From: a virus
IMG/VR virus record: IMGVR_UViG_3300030098_003955
Direction: 5' to 3' (one strand)
DNA length: 64,000 bases
Shown here piece after piece: positions 36,846 through 46,210 of the stretch. Position 1 is the stretch's first letter. Every line of letters begins with the position of its first letter. The notes under the pieces were generated by a model that saw nothing but the letters and a program-made list of their open reading frames with translations, searched no databases and was not told the DNA's origin. The translations under genes and the position numbers were made by a program.

Positions 36846-37523
36846 ATGGAAGGCTGGAGACAAGCTTTAGCGCAAATAGAATACGCCGAGCATACAGATG
36901 TTTATGAGTTTGGTGTCTTTACAGGAAAGTCTATCAAGTATATAAATGATGCACTTTCGCATGTTGGCAAAGATATTAGAAAAATATTTGGCTTTGATTC
37001 TTTTTGCGGACTCCCAAAAGAAACAGAAGACGAGAGAGATGAAGTCATCTCAGAGGTTGGTATATATCAGTGGAGAGAGGGCGACTTTGATTCACAAAGA
37101 CATTTTGGCGTTAGTGGAGTAGACAAAGTAATAGATTCTGTCAACTCATTTGTAAGAGAGTCTGTTCCTGAAAGTGTTGACATTGAATGGATTGCTGGGT
37201 TTTATTCTGACTCTTTGCAGGACAACATAGTCAAAGAACTGGACATGCAGCCAGCTTCTTATGTTGATCTAGATGCAGACCTATACCTATCAACAATAGA
37301 AGCTCTAGACTTTATGTTTAGAAATGGTTTGATACAGAAGGGAACTGTCATTGGATATGACGATTGGGGAGGAACTCCAAGATGGAACACACAAGAAGAT
37401 GGGGCTAGCAAAGCGCATGTAGAGATGTGTGAAAAATACAACGTAGACATGCAGCTTTTGGCAAAAATGGGAGACTCCTATCCTCACGTACAAACACTCT
37501 TCTTGGTGGACTCAATTGGCTGA
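36846..37523 (+). CDS. TylF/MycF-family sugar O-methyltransferase
   Basis: EFGVFTGKS, GFDSFCGLP, DLDADLY, YDDW. Confidence 0.85.
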   Translation: MEGWRQALAQIEYAEHTDVYEFGVFTGKSIKYINDALSHVGKDIRKIFGFDSFCGLPKETEDERDEVISEVGIYQWREGDFDSQRHFGVSGVDKVIDSVNSFVRESVPESVDIEWIAGFYSDSLQDNIVKELDMQPASYVDLDADLYLSTIEALDFMFRNGLIQKGTVIGYDDWGGTPRWNTQEDGASKAHVEMCEKYNVDMQLLAKMGDSYPHVQTLFLVDSIG

Positions 37524-37654
37524 TGACAACAACAGAACGAATGATAATAATAATAGAACATAGAGACTCATTGCTCATGGTAACTGGTTCTCATCTTCTT
37601 ACTTTTGGTATATCAATGCTGTTGTTTTCTTTTTGCTGTAAAGACAGGGCATAA
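37523..37654 (+). CDS. Possible 43 aa small hydrophobic protein (not in ORF track)
   Basis: TGATG-coupled ATG at 37523; TAA at 37652-37654 abuts the next start. Confidence 0.35.
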   Translation: MTTTERMIIIIEHRDSLLMVTGSHLLTFGISMLLFSFCCKDRA

Positions 37655-38344
37655 GTGATGATAACTGACTTTTACGATAAAGCTCACTGTTTGGTTCTTG
37701 ATAAGAGATATCAAGAATTTACAGAAACATCGTTGAAAGAATTGAGATCTGTCTCCATAGAGCCGGAGCTATTCATAGCTGGGGATGGCAGTCACGATCT
37801 AACATACAATCATATAGACACAAAAGATTTGCCTAAAGTTATAGATGGAACTACAGGATATCCAACTTGGTTGAGAAGACCAAACCCATACAATGCTTGG
37901 CTATGCCATAAAAAAATGTTTGAATCGTTCCTGAAGAGTAGAGGGGAAAATCTACTTTTGCTAGAGGACGACGTTAAAATAGAAGATGACTTCCTAGAAG
38001 TATTTGGAAAAGCAGAAGAATTTTTTCAGAACAACGACTGGGACATGATTTACTTAGGTTGTTATGTCAATGACAGGAACCCAGTAGAGCCAACTAGCAA
38101 CGAACATGTCTACCGTGTAAAGGGCAGTGGTGGATTTCATGGTGTTATCATAAATAAAAGGGTTTTATCGTTATTAAACAGGTTTAATCCAATCGGGCCG
38201 TTTGACTGGATAACAGGTCAATTTATACATAAGCAAGATTGGGCGAATTGTTTTGCGATTAACCCTTGCATAATTAGCCAAAAGTCGGGATACTCATATG
38301 TAGAGGATGGTGTTCTAGACAAACCAAGCAGGTACATTGCATGA
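37655..38344 (+). CDS. GT25-like glycosyltransferase
   Basis: AWLCH, LLLEDD, WDMIYLG. Confidence 0.8.
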   Translation: MMITDFYDKAHCLVLDKRYQEFTETSLKELRSVSIEPELFIAGDGSHDLTYNHIDTKDLPKVIDGTTGYPTWLRRPNPYNAWLCHKKMFESFLKSRGENLLLLEDDVKIEDDFLEVFGKAEEFFQNNDWDMIYLGCYVNDRNPVEPTSNEHVYRVKGSGGFHGVIINKRVLSLLNRFNPIGPFDWITGQFIHKQDWANCFAINPCIISQKSGYSYVEDGVLDKPSRYIA

Positions 38345-39327
38345 AGATATACGCGGTAACAGAAGACTCAAAGCCATTTGTAAGCTTGTCCACAGGTAAA
38401 GCCTTTAGCAACCTTTCAAGCTATTACGATTGCGAAGTACAAGTTAAAGACTTTAACTACTGGCGGAACAGAGAAATAGATTCTGACTCTGGTAACGATG
38501 TGGTAGTAATATTTGAGTCTGTATATCTCGAACTAGCTGGAATGAGCACTAGGGACTTGAGAGAGTACTACCCTAATGCCAAATTTGTAGCTATGGGAAG
38601 TGACACAATCTACTATCTAGTGACTAACAAGAACAATGGCTATCAATTTGATAGTCCGTTTGAGGTTGACTTGTTCTTGGAAAAGATGGAAGACTGCATA
38701 GATCAATATAGAGCTAGAGGGATCAATGTAGACCATTGGATGTGGACAGCCTCTGACTGGCTATTAGATTATGTCCAGAAGTTTGATGAGGGCAAGAAGT
38801 TTGAAGAGAAAGAAAATGACTTCATAGGATTGTATGCACCACATACTATTCAAAGACCTAACTCCTATAGAAACAAGATGGTAAACTTTCTAGCCAGTAA
38901 AGGCAAGAAGTTTACTCAAGGAGGTGGCAGTGGGCACGACGATCCAGATGTTGACAAAATATTCCAACAGTACGCAAACAGCAAATTCACACTTGGAACC
39001 ACCTCTCATGATAACCCATTGTTTCACGGAATGAAGGGGTTTAGAGACTGGATTGGGCCGCATATGGGTTCCATGCTGATATATGATGATTATCCAGATA
39101 TCAGAAAGCACTTTCAAGGCGGCGAACTTGTACCGTTATATGAGTATGGAGTCTTTGAGGGAATATTGGCAATTCATGACCACTATTCGCAAAATACGAA
39201 CCAGTACTATGAAGTTATAGAGCACCAAAAAGCTTGGGCTCTAGACAACACAATAGAAAAACAATTAGTAAAATTATTTACTAAGCATGGGATCATAGAT
39301 GAAAGTTTTATTTCACAGCCTAGTTGA
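38341..39327 (+). CDS. Putative glycosyltransferase (CgeB/GT-B-like)
   Basis: Cluster context; YANSKFTLG and C-terminal WALDNTIE resemble a GT-B C-domain. Confidence 0.5.
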   Translation: MKIYAVTEDSKPFVSLSTGKAFSNLSSYYDCEVQVKDFNYWRNREIDSDSGNDVVVIFESVYLELAGMSTRDLREYYPNAKFVAMGSDTIYYLVTNKNNGYQFDSPFEVDLFLEKMEDCIDQYRARGINVDHWMWTASDWLLDYVQKFDEGKKFEEKENDFIGLYAPHTIQRPNSYRNKMVNFLASKGKKFTQGGGSGHDDPDVDKIFQQYANSKFTLGTTSHDNPLFHGMKGFRDWIGPHMGSMLIYDDYPDIRKHFQGGELVPLYEYGVFEGILAIHDHYSQNTNQYYEVIEHQKAWALDNTIEKQLVKLFTKHGIIDESFISQPS

Positions 39328-40324
39328 TTACGAAGATCTTCCTGAGTACGGTCACAGACTAGACTACTTGGCTGATTCTGTCTTTCATGGGTTTAGGGAT
39401 CTTCTTGGAGAAGATGCTGTTGATTACCCAAAGATGGAACACATGTACAAGGAGAACTTTTCTCTTGTAAAGACAGACAAGTGCAAGGGCTTTAGTCTGT
39501 ACAATAGACTGGATGATATACCAGTTGATAGAGAAGACATTGAGCAAAAGATAAGAAACAACTACTTTGACATTGTTGTAGTTGCAATACATCACAGCTA
39601 CCTGTCAAATAGAGAAGCTGTAATAAGAATAATTGGCGAGATAGAACATCTAAACCCTCACCAAAAAATAGCTTTGCTCGACGGCAATGACTCACAAGGT
39701 GATGACCATGAGCTGTTTGGCTTAGCTCGATACTACAAACGAGAGATGAAGGGTGCGAATAGACACCTATGTCTTCCAATAGCTTTTTCGATACCAGAGT
39801 CTGTAGTGGTTGACGAAGTGCCGGAGAAGACAAAAGACTTTGCCACTATTGTACCATCCTTCATGAGGCATCCTCATTGGGCTACTTATGTCTTTGATGA
39901 AGAAGAGAAATACTTTGCAGACTATGAAAATAGTTTTTATGGATTTACTTGCAAGAAAGGCGGATGGGATTGTCTACGCCATTACGAGATATTAGCGCGT
40001 GGATGTGTTCCTTTCTTTACAGATCTAGAGCAATGCCCAGACCTAACCTTATTTAACTTTCCTAAAAATCTAACAATATTAGGTAAACAAATCCAAGGAC
40101 TAGAGCCTTGCCTTGTAGATGGTTCTAAGTATGATCCAAATCATAGCTTTATAGGTACTTGCATGAATTCATTATGCACCTATAATCACAAGATAAATCA
40201 CTCTGTCTTTAATAAAGACATGTATTACGAAATAGCAAACGAGCTATTAGATTACACTAGATCAAAATTGACAACTAAGTATATTGCAAAATATATTATC
40301 GAAACGATAAAAATTGGAGTTTAA
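39299..40324 (+). CDS. Putative glycosyltransferase (exostosin/GT47-like C-terminus)
   Basis: YYKRE, KKGGWDCLRHYEILARGCVP. Confidence 0.65.
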   Translation: MKVLFHSLVDYEDLPEYGHRLDYLADSVFHGFRDLLGEDAVDYPKMEHMYKENFSLVKTDKCKGFSLYNRLDDIPVDREDIEQKIRNNYFDIVVVAIHHSYLSNREAVIRIIGEIEHLNPHQKIALLDGNDSQGDDHELFGLARYYKREMKGANRHLCLPIAFSIPESVVVDEVPEKTKDFATIVPSFMRHPHWATYVFDEEEKYFADYENSFYGFTCKKGGWDCLRHYEILARGCVPFFTDLEQCPDLTLFNFPKNLTILGKQIQGLEPCLVDGSKYDPNHSFIGTCMNSLCTYNHKINHSVFNKDMYYEIANELLDYTRSKLTTKYIAKYIIETIKIGV

Positions 40325-40325
40325 T

Positions 40326-41261
40326 ATGGCTAAAGTTTTAGTTACTGGTGGCGGCGGATATGTAGGAAATGTTCTTTGCAGACATTTGCTAGACAATGGA
40401 CATCAAGTAAAGTGCATTGATAATTTTCACAAGGGTCAATGTGATGCGATTATTCCATTAGCTACAAATCCAAACTTTGAGTTTGAGTATGGGGACGTTA
40501 CTATACTAGACCAGATGAAGGAGGCTGTTCATGGGTGTGATGCTATTATTCACCTTGCTGCTATTGTTGGCTTTCCGGCTTGCAAATCCCAACCCGCTTT
40601 GGCGACGGCGGTAAACGTAGAAGGCACTAGAAATATGCTTTTTGCAAGAGAAGCCTATAATCCAAAAATGCCGTTTGTCTATGCTTCTACAGGAAGCGTG
40701 TATGGCAAAGTTGAAGACTTATGTACGGAAGAGTCTCCACTGAACGCTGTGTCGCTATACGGCGTGAATAAGCGCGTTGCAGAGGAAATGGTGGCCACTC
40801 AGGAGAACACGGTTTCATTTCGCTTCGCAACTGGGTTTGGTGTTAGCCCATGTATGCGGGTCAACCTGCTTGTGAACGACTTTGTGTATCAGGCTATTAC
40901 GAATCGTATACTGACTATTTTTCAGGCAGATTTTAGACGCACATTTATCCATGTCCGTGACATGGCAAAGGCCTTTACTATGGGCTTTGAAAATATGAAT
41001 AATTGGAAACATAAAGTTTATAACTGTGGAGCAAACCATCTCAACTGGACTAAGAGAGAGCTTGCAGAGTATGTAAAAGAGCAGACTGGTTGCTTTGTCC
41101 ATTACGAAGAGATTGGCACAGACGCAGACCAAAGAGACTACGAAGTAAGCTATGACAAGCTAGAGAACGAAGGTTTTGTTTGTGATGTTGACATGAAGAC
41201 CGGAATTCAAGAACTAATCAAGGTAGCACCATTACTACAAATCAGACATCAGTACGCATAA
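40326..41261 (+). CDS. NAD-dependent epimerase/dehydratase
   Basis: TGGGGYVG, HLAAIVG, ASTGSVYG, YGVNK. Confidence 0.92.
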   Translation: MAKVLVTGGGGYVGNVLCRHLLDNGHQVKCIDNFHKGQCDAIIPLATNPNFEFEYGDVTILDQMKEAVHGCDAIIHLAAIVGFPACKSQPALATAVNVEGTRNMLFAREAYNPKMPFVYASTGSVYGKVEDLCTEESPLNAVSLYGVNKRVAEEMVATQENTVSFRFATGFGVSPCMRVNLLVNDFVYQAITNRILTIFQADFRRTFIHVRDMAKAFTMGFENMNNWKHKVYNCGANHLNWTKRELAEYVKEQTGCFVHYEEIGTDADQRDYEVSYDKLENEGFVCDVDMKTGIQELIKVAPLLQIRHQYA

Positions 41262-41262
41262 A

Positions 41263-41892
41263 ATGAAAAGCACATCTGAAATAGGTTGGTTTCCTTTCGA
41301 CGGTAAACCTCATCATTATAATAATATACAAGGTTGGTTCAGCTTTCCGGCTGTTTATGACGAGATAGTAGAATCTTTTGACAACGCTACTTTTGTAGAA
41401 ATAGGCTGCTGGCTTGGAAAATCAACTTGCTATATGGCAGAAGCTATATCTCTAAGTCGCAAGAATATAGATTTCTACTGTGTTGACACTTGGGAAGGGA
41501 CTCCAGATGAACCAGCACACGCCTCAATGATAGAGAGCTTAGGTGGAGATATCTATTCCGTGTTTAACAATAACATGGCCTCTGCTGGCGTAAGTCATAT
41601 TGTCAAGCCTATGAAAATGACTTCAATAGAAGCCTCTACCAAATTTGAAGACAACTCCTTAGACTTTATCTTCATAGACGGTGGTCATACATACGAAGAT
41701 GTTAACAATGACATAGCTCACTGGCTACCAAAACTTAAAGATGGTGGCCGAATTGCAGGTCATGATTATTATGAATGGTCTAATGAAGAAGTTCATGATG
41801 GAGTGAAGAAGGCGGTAGCCAACTTTTTTACTAGAGAAGAAATAGAATTAAAAGCAGATTGCTGGATAACAAAACCAGATTGGAGAAAATAA
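41263..41892 (+). CDS. Class I SAM methyltransferase (Methyltransf_24-like)
   Basis: VEIGCWLGKS, VDTW, FIDGGHTY, GHDY. Confidence 0.9.
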   Translation: MKSTSEIGWFPFDGKPHHYNNIQGWFSFPAVYDEIVESFDNATFVEIGCWLGKSTCYMAEAISLSRKNIDFYCVDTWEGTPDEPAHASMIESLGGDIYSVFNNNMASAGVSHIVKPMKMTSIEASTKFEDNSLDFIFIDGGHTYEDVNNDIAHWLPKLKDGGRIAGHDYYEWSNEEVHDGVKKAVANFFTREEIELKADCWITKPDWRK

Positions 41893-42842
41893 TGCAGCTA
41901 GAAGGCAAAAAAGTATTAGTCACTGGAGGAGAAGGCTTTTTAGGAAAAGCTATATGCCTGAACTTAGAGACTAAAGGTGCAGAAGTAATTGTGTTAAAAC
42001 ACAGCGAAGTTGACCTGTGTAACTTAGCAGATACGCTTGTGTTTGTTGACAGTGTGAAGCCTGACTATTGTATACATGCCGCTGGTCACAACGGAGGCAT
42101 TGAGTTTAACAGGATGTATCCTGCTGACATTCTCTATGCCAATACTGTGATGGGCTTGAATATACACAACGCCTGCACATTCTCTGGCGTTAAAAAGATA
42201 GTTTCAATCATGACATCTTGCGCATATCCTGACACTGGTATGGAAGTTCTGGAAGAAGACACTTTCTGGAATGGGCTTCCTAATAAAACAATTAGAGCTC
42301 ATGGTATAGCTAAGAGAATCTTGCAAACAGCTTCTGAGGCTTATAAAGACCAGTATGATTTAGACGCAGTAACTGTTTGCATTACTAATCTATATGGGCC
42401 ATACGACACATTTAACCTCGTCAGAACTAAGGTTGTAGGAGCTTTGATTAGGAAATTTGTAGAGGCGGTCATAGAAGAAAAAGATACGGTTGAGTGCTGG
42501 GGTACAGGAGCTCCTATGAGAGAGTTCATGTATGTAGCCGATGCGGCAGAAGCTGTGGTTCAATCATTACAAAATTACAATGATGAAACAAAGCCTCTAA
42601 ACATAGGAACCGGCAAAGACATATCAATTAAGGAATTAGTTGAAGGTATTGTTGAAGTCACTGGTTATAAAGGCGAAGTGTTCTGGAACACAGACAAACC
42701 TGACGGACAACTCAAAAAGCTTTTAAGCACCGAAAGAATGAAAGAGTTTGTAGAGCTAGAACCTACAGACTTCAAAGATGGCTTAAAGCAAACTATTAAT
42801 TGGTACACAGAGAATAAGCAAGAAGCTGATGCAAAACACTAA
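41892..42842 (+). CDS. GDP-L-fucose synthase-like epimerase/reductase
   Basis: TGGEGFLG, GGIEFN, SCAYP, NLYGP, WGTGAPMREF, KPDG. Confidence 0.9.
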   Translation: MQLEGKKVLVTGGEGFLGKAICLNLETKGAEVIVLKHSEVDLCNLADTLVFVDSVKPDYCIHAAGHNGGIEFNRMYPADILYANTVMGLNIHNACTFSGVKKIVSIMTSCAYPDTGMEVLEEDTFWNGLPNKTIRAHGIAKRILQTASEAYKDQYDLDAVTVCITNLYGPYDTFNLVRTKVVGALIRKFVEAVIEEKDTVECWGTGAPMREFMYVADAAEAVVQSLQNYNDETKPLNIGTGKDISIKELVEGIVEVTGYKGEVFWNTDKPDGQLKKLLSTERMKEFVELEPTDFKDGLKQTINWYTENKQEADAKH

Positions 42843-43311
42843 AAAGATTGGTATAATAGTAAGAGATCTTAGTCCTAGTTACTTATCTTTCTGCTTGATT
42901 GACATGATTAATAAGCAGGTTGAAGAAACTCCAGACTATGACTTCACCATATTTTACGAAAACAGGTATCCTAACTCTCTTGACGTGTTGTGTTCTACAA
43001 TGTCGTCTAGTGAGATATGGAACTTTGATGGGGTATTAATATCAACAGATATTTCCACAACGCTTTCGTCGTTAAATTCGTCGAGTGTTCGTAGAAGGCT
43101 GTTCTATGTTTGGGACTTAGAATGGACTAGGCAGGAAGGTAAAGACTACGACTACGTAAGCAAGGCTTACAACCACAAAGAAGTTGAATTAGTTTCTAGA
43201 TCTGTAGATCACTCTCCTCTTTTAGAAAACTATTCAAACAAGAAGGTTAGCGGAGTCGTTAATGATTTTTCTTTCAAAGATCTAAAGGAGATTTTAGATG
43301 GACAGCAATAG
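42829..43311 (+). CDS. Hypothetical protein (possible stand-alone GT-B N-domain)
   Basis: LFYVWDLE; lies at the end of the glycan cluster. Confidence 0.5.
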   Translation: MQNTKKIGIIVRDLSPSYLSFCLIDMINKQVEETPDYDFTIFYENRYPNSLDVLCSTMSSSEIWNFDGVLISTDISTTLSSLNSSSVRRRLFYVWDLEWTRQEGKDYDYVSKAYNHKEVELVSRSVDHSPLLENYSNKKVSGVVNDFSFKDLKEILDGQQ

Positions 43312-44092
43312 CGAATTTATTAAGAAGCACGGAAATGCAATCAGCAAGATGTACCTAAAAGAAAGCAAGAGTACCTATGAGATTGCTCAAGAATTCAACA
43401 CATACCCAAACAAAATCAGAAGGACTCTCAAGACTCTTGGTGTGTCTCTCAGGGACAAAAGTAAGGCTCAAACCGTAGCTATTAAGAATGGTAGGCATGA
43501 GCATCCTACGAGAGGGAAAAAGAGGTCTGAGTCCGAGAAGATTGCGATTAGCAATGGTATGTCAAAGTTTTGGAACGACATGGAAGAAGAGGAGAGGGCT
43601 AGAAGATGTGAGATTTCTAGAAAGCAGTGGGCATCAATGTCGGACGAACAAAGAGAGCTTCTTAGAAAGTCTGCCACTGAAGCTGTTCTGAAAGCCAGTA
43701 AAGAAGGATCTAAGATAGAAAAATATATCTACAAGGGCTTGACCGCAGAAGGATATGAGGTTATCTTCCATAAAAAGAACTTGGTGTCTGATAGAAAACT
43801 TGAAGTTGACCTGTTCTTGCCGACCCTGAATCTTGCAATAGAAATTGATGGGCCTGCTCACTTTCTGCCTATATGGGGAGAAGAAAAATTGCAAAAGCAC
43901 ATAAATGCAGATGCTAGGAAAGCAGGTTTGTTATTGCAATCAGGGTTTGTATTAATAAGGCTTAAGAACATCACTAAGAATGTTTCCAAAGCCAACATGG
44001 CGAAGAGCCTTGGTGCTGTCGTCGAAGAAGTTAAGAAGGTGGAAAACAAGTTTCCGCCCAAATCCAAAAGACTTATTGAGATTGAAGTTTAA
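43298..44092 (+). CDS. HTH + Vsr/DUF559-like endonuclease, putative free-standing homing endonuclease
   Basis: STYEIAQEF HTH; NUMOD3-like GKKRSESEKIAIS; EVDLF...IEIDGPAH. Confidence 0.7.
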   Translation: MDSNSEFIKKHGNAISKMYLKESKSTYEIAQEFNTYPNKIRRTLKTLGVSLRDKSKAQTVAIKNGRHEHPTRGKKRSESEKIAISNGMSKFWNDMEEEERARRCEISRKQWASMSDEQRELLRKSATEAVLKASKEGSKIEKYIYKGLTAEGYEVIFHKKNLVSDRKLEVDLFLPTLNLAIEIDGPAHFLPIWGEEKLQKHINADARKAGLLLQSGFVLIRLKNITKNVSKANMAKSLGAVVEEVKKVENKFPPKSKRLIEIEV

Positions 44093-45015
44093 TGAAGAAT
44101 TACGAAGACTGTACAGTTAAAGAACTGAAGCAAATTTTGAATGAACATAATTACTCCTGTCCTTCAGGAGCAAAGAAGGAGGATTTAGTAGGAATGGTCA
44201 AGGAACTTATGGAAGTAGATGGACTATCGGAAGAAGTAGAGGAAATCTTGGAAGGCGTAACCGAAAAGATCGAGAACATAGAAGAAAAGCTGGAAGAAAA
44301 GGTTAACGATGATTCTAGACCTTCAATGCACTCGCCAGAATGGAATGATTACGTCATGTCTCATTTTGAGCCACACGAGTTGGTCGATGGAAATCCAATT
44401 TGTGCAGGATTAAGAAGAGTCGCTGAAAAGCTTTTAGGAACGATTGTCGAATCTGGGCCGGATCAAGTATTTCCAGCTACAGAAGGAGACGGTCCGGGAA
44501 GAGCTACTGTAGTATTCAAAGTAGTTTTTAGCTGGATGGATACAGGAATGATGAAAGTCTTCAAGGAAGTAGCAGATGTGTGGCATGGTAATACTGATGA
44601 TTTGTTCTGCGCTCATCCTGTCGCTACTGCTAGCACGAGGGCTGAAGGGAGAGCTTTGAGAAAGGCTCTTAAAATAAGATGCTTAGCCGCTGAAGAATTG
44701 GCACGTAAAGACATCGCTGAGATTGTCAGGAGTGCGGTAACAGGATCTCAGGCGGTTAAGTTTGGAGATACTTCCAACTTAGGACAGGAAGGCAAGATTA
44801 CAACACAGCAGGTTCAGTATTTAGACAACGTATGTCTACAACTGGATATCAACGCATTCTCGTACATCAATTCGGGAGAACGAGAATACGACGCTGTTGC
44901 GGACATCCCGAAGGAAAAAGCTAAGCTGATTATCCGTAAGATTAATCAGTACAAAAATAACAAAGACCTAATCCCTGATGGTATTAAGGGATATGACCCT
45001 AACTGGAGAAATTGA
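44092..45015 (+). CDS. Rad52/Sak-like ssDNA annealing protein with N-terminal HeH/SAP-like motif
   Basis: TVKELKQIL...KEDLV; ATASTRAEGRALRKAL; ITTQQVQYL. Confidence 0.6.
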   Translation: MKNYEDCTVKELKQILNEHNYSCPSGAKKEDLVGMVKELMEVDGLSEEVEEILEGVTEKIENIEEKLEEKVNDDSRPSMHSPEWNDYVMSHFEPHELVDGNPICAGLRRVAEKLLGTIVESGPDQVFPATEGDGPGRATVVFKVVFSWMDTGMMKVFKEVADVWHGNTDDLFCAHPVATASTRAEGRALRKALKIRCLAAEELARKDIAEIVRSAVTGSQAVKFGDTSNLGQEGKITTQQVQYLDNVCLQLDINAFSYINSGEREYDAVADIPKEKAKLIIRKINQYKNNKDLIPDGIKGYDPNWRN

Positions 45016-45350
45016 TGAAGATCACTTACAGTACCCCCAATAAGAGAATTACAGTTGAAATCGAGGCTGAAAGCCAAAGAGAGGCCTTTGCCGAGCTCGC
45101 AAACTTCCAAGAGGTATTTGACAATACTGAATGTGGAAAATGCGGCAGCGATAACGTTGTGTTCTGTACTAGAACTGTGGACGACAACCTCTACTATGAA
45201 TTGAGATGTCGTGACTGCGGAGCTAAGCTAAGCTTTGGTGTTATGAAGAAGGGCGGTAGGCTCTTTCCTAAGCGCAAGGACAAGGATGGTAAATGGCTTC
45301 CAGACAATGGATGGGTCAAGTGGAATGCTGAAACCCAACGCGAGGAATAA
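45012..45350 (+). CDS. Zinc-ribbon hypothetical protein
   Basis: CGKC...CRDC. Confidence 0.7.
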   Translation: MMKITYSTPNKRITVEIEAESQREAFAELANFQEVFDNTECGKCGSDNVVFCTRTVDDNLYYELRCRDCGAKLSFGVMKKGGRLFPKRKDKDGKWLPDNGWVKWNAETQREE

Positions 45351-45398
45351 GATGAGAGCCATCCTGAAGGTGAAATCCATTTAAGAGATGCTCAATAG

Positions 45399-45427
45399 AA
45401 ACCCTACCAGAAATGGTAGGGTTTTTT
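45399..45427 (+). terminator. Rho-independent terminator of the + block
   Basis: AAACCCTACCA-GAAA-TGGTAGGGTTT plus T run. Confidence 0.9.
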
Positions 45428-45435
45428 AATGGCAT

Positions 45436-45463
45436 AAAAAAACGCCCTGCGAACAGGGCGTTT
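45436..45463 (-). terminator. Rho-independent terminator of the - block
   Basis: On the minus strand: CGCCCTG-TTCG-CAGGGCG-TTTTTTT. Confidence 0.9.
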
Positions 45464-45473
45464 GCTACGAGCA

Positions 45474-46184
45474 TTAGAGATATTCCAGCTCGACATATAA
45501 CCCATACTGGGTCTTACTGCCGATACTGTCTGGCGAAGCTGAGATGCCCACATACCAGTCATGCTGAGTGTACTGTCGAGTGTTTCCACTACCGTCACCA
45601 GCGTGTTGGCCACTTGGGCCGGGAGACTGAGCAAGGGGAACGTAAATCCCACTTCCGCCTACGGTATTTGTACCGGCTGGAAGTCTATCGCTGGGATTTG
45701 GAGAGCCTTGAATCGCTCCCTGAGCATCAGCGCCAGTAGAACTTGCACTACCCCACCAGACGGAATCTCCAGAGCCTTCTACACTTGTGCTTGTGGCTGG
45801 GTGAATAAACTCACACGCACGAGTAATCACCCCACTAGCAGGGTGGTTTTTGTTTACTCTGTCAAAGATTCTCATCTTGCAGTTCTGCGTTCTAACTGCC
45901 GTAGCGTTAGTAAACCTAATATTTAATGTAGCTTTGCTATTAGGAATGTATTTTAAGCCAGTAGGAGGCGTAGCCCACTGAACACTGGCTAAAGTGTCAG
46001 AATAGTATTTATTATTGTTTGTAGCGCCACCATTAGTGCTTCCATTACCATCGGTAATGAATGTAGTACTTTGAAATGTGTTTAGTTCTACCGATTGACC
46101 GAAAGAACCACCAAAGAATCCAAGTCCAGATCCCGAAAGGTGATTTACTGCGGTATTACCGGCATAAAATGCAATACTAGCCAT
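45474..46184 (-). CDS. Putative virion structural protein
   Basis: AGGAGT RBS; Gly/Ser/Thr-rich beta protein; own terminator. Confidence 0.6.
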   Translation of the reverse strand: MASIAFYAGNTAVNHLSGSGLGFFGGSFGQSVELNTFQSTTFITDGNGSTNGGATNNNKYYSDTLASVQWATPPTGLKYIPNSKATLNIRFTNATAVRTQNCKMRIFDRVNKNHPASGVITRACEFIHPATSTSVEGSGDSVWWGSASSTGADAQGAIQGSPNPSDRLPAGTNTVGGSGIYVPLAQSPGPSGQHAGDGSGNTRQYTQHDWYVGISASPDSIGSKTQYGLYVELEYL

Positions 46185-46210
46185 TATGTTTTACTCCTAA
46201 AGCTATTAGG

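Noticed and set aside
45351-45395. Hammerhead-like CTGAAG...GAAA in a small hairpin
   Set aside because: Lacks the CUGANGA core and there is no room for stem II
45404-45926. ORF-track entries 45404-45652, 45413-45739 and 45561-45926
   Set aside because: They overlap the terminators or the well-supported 45474-46184 gene; shadow ORFs
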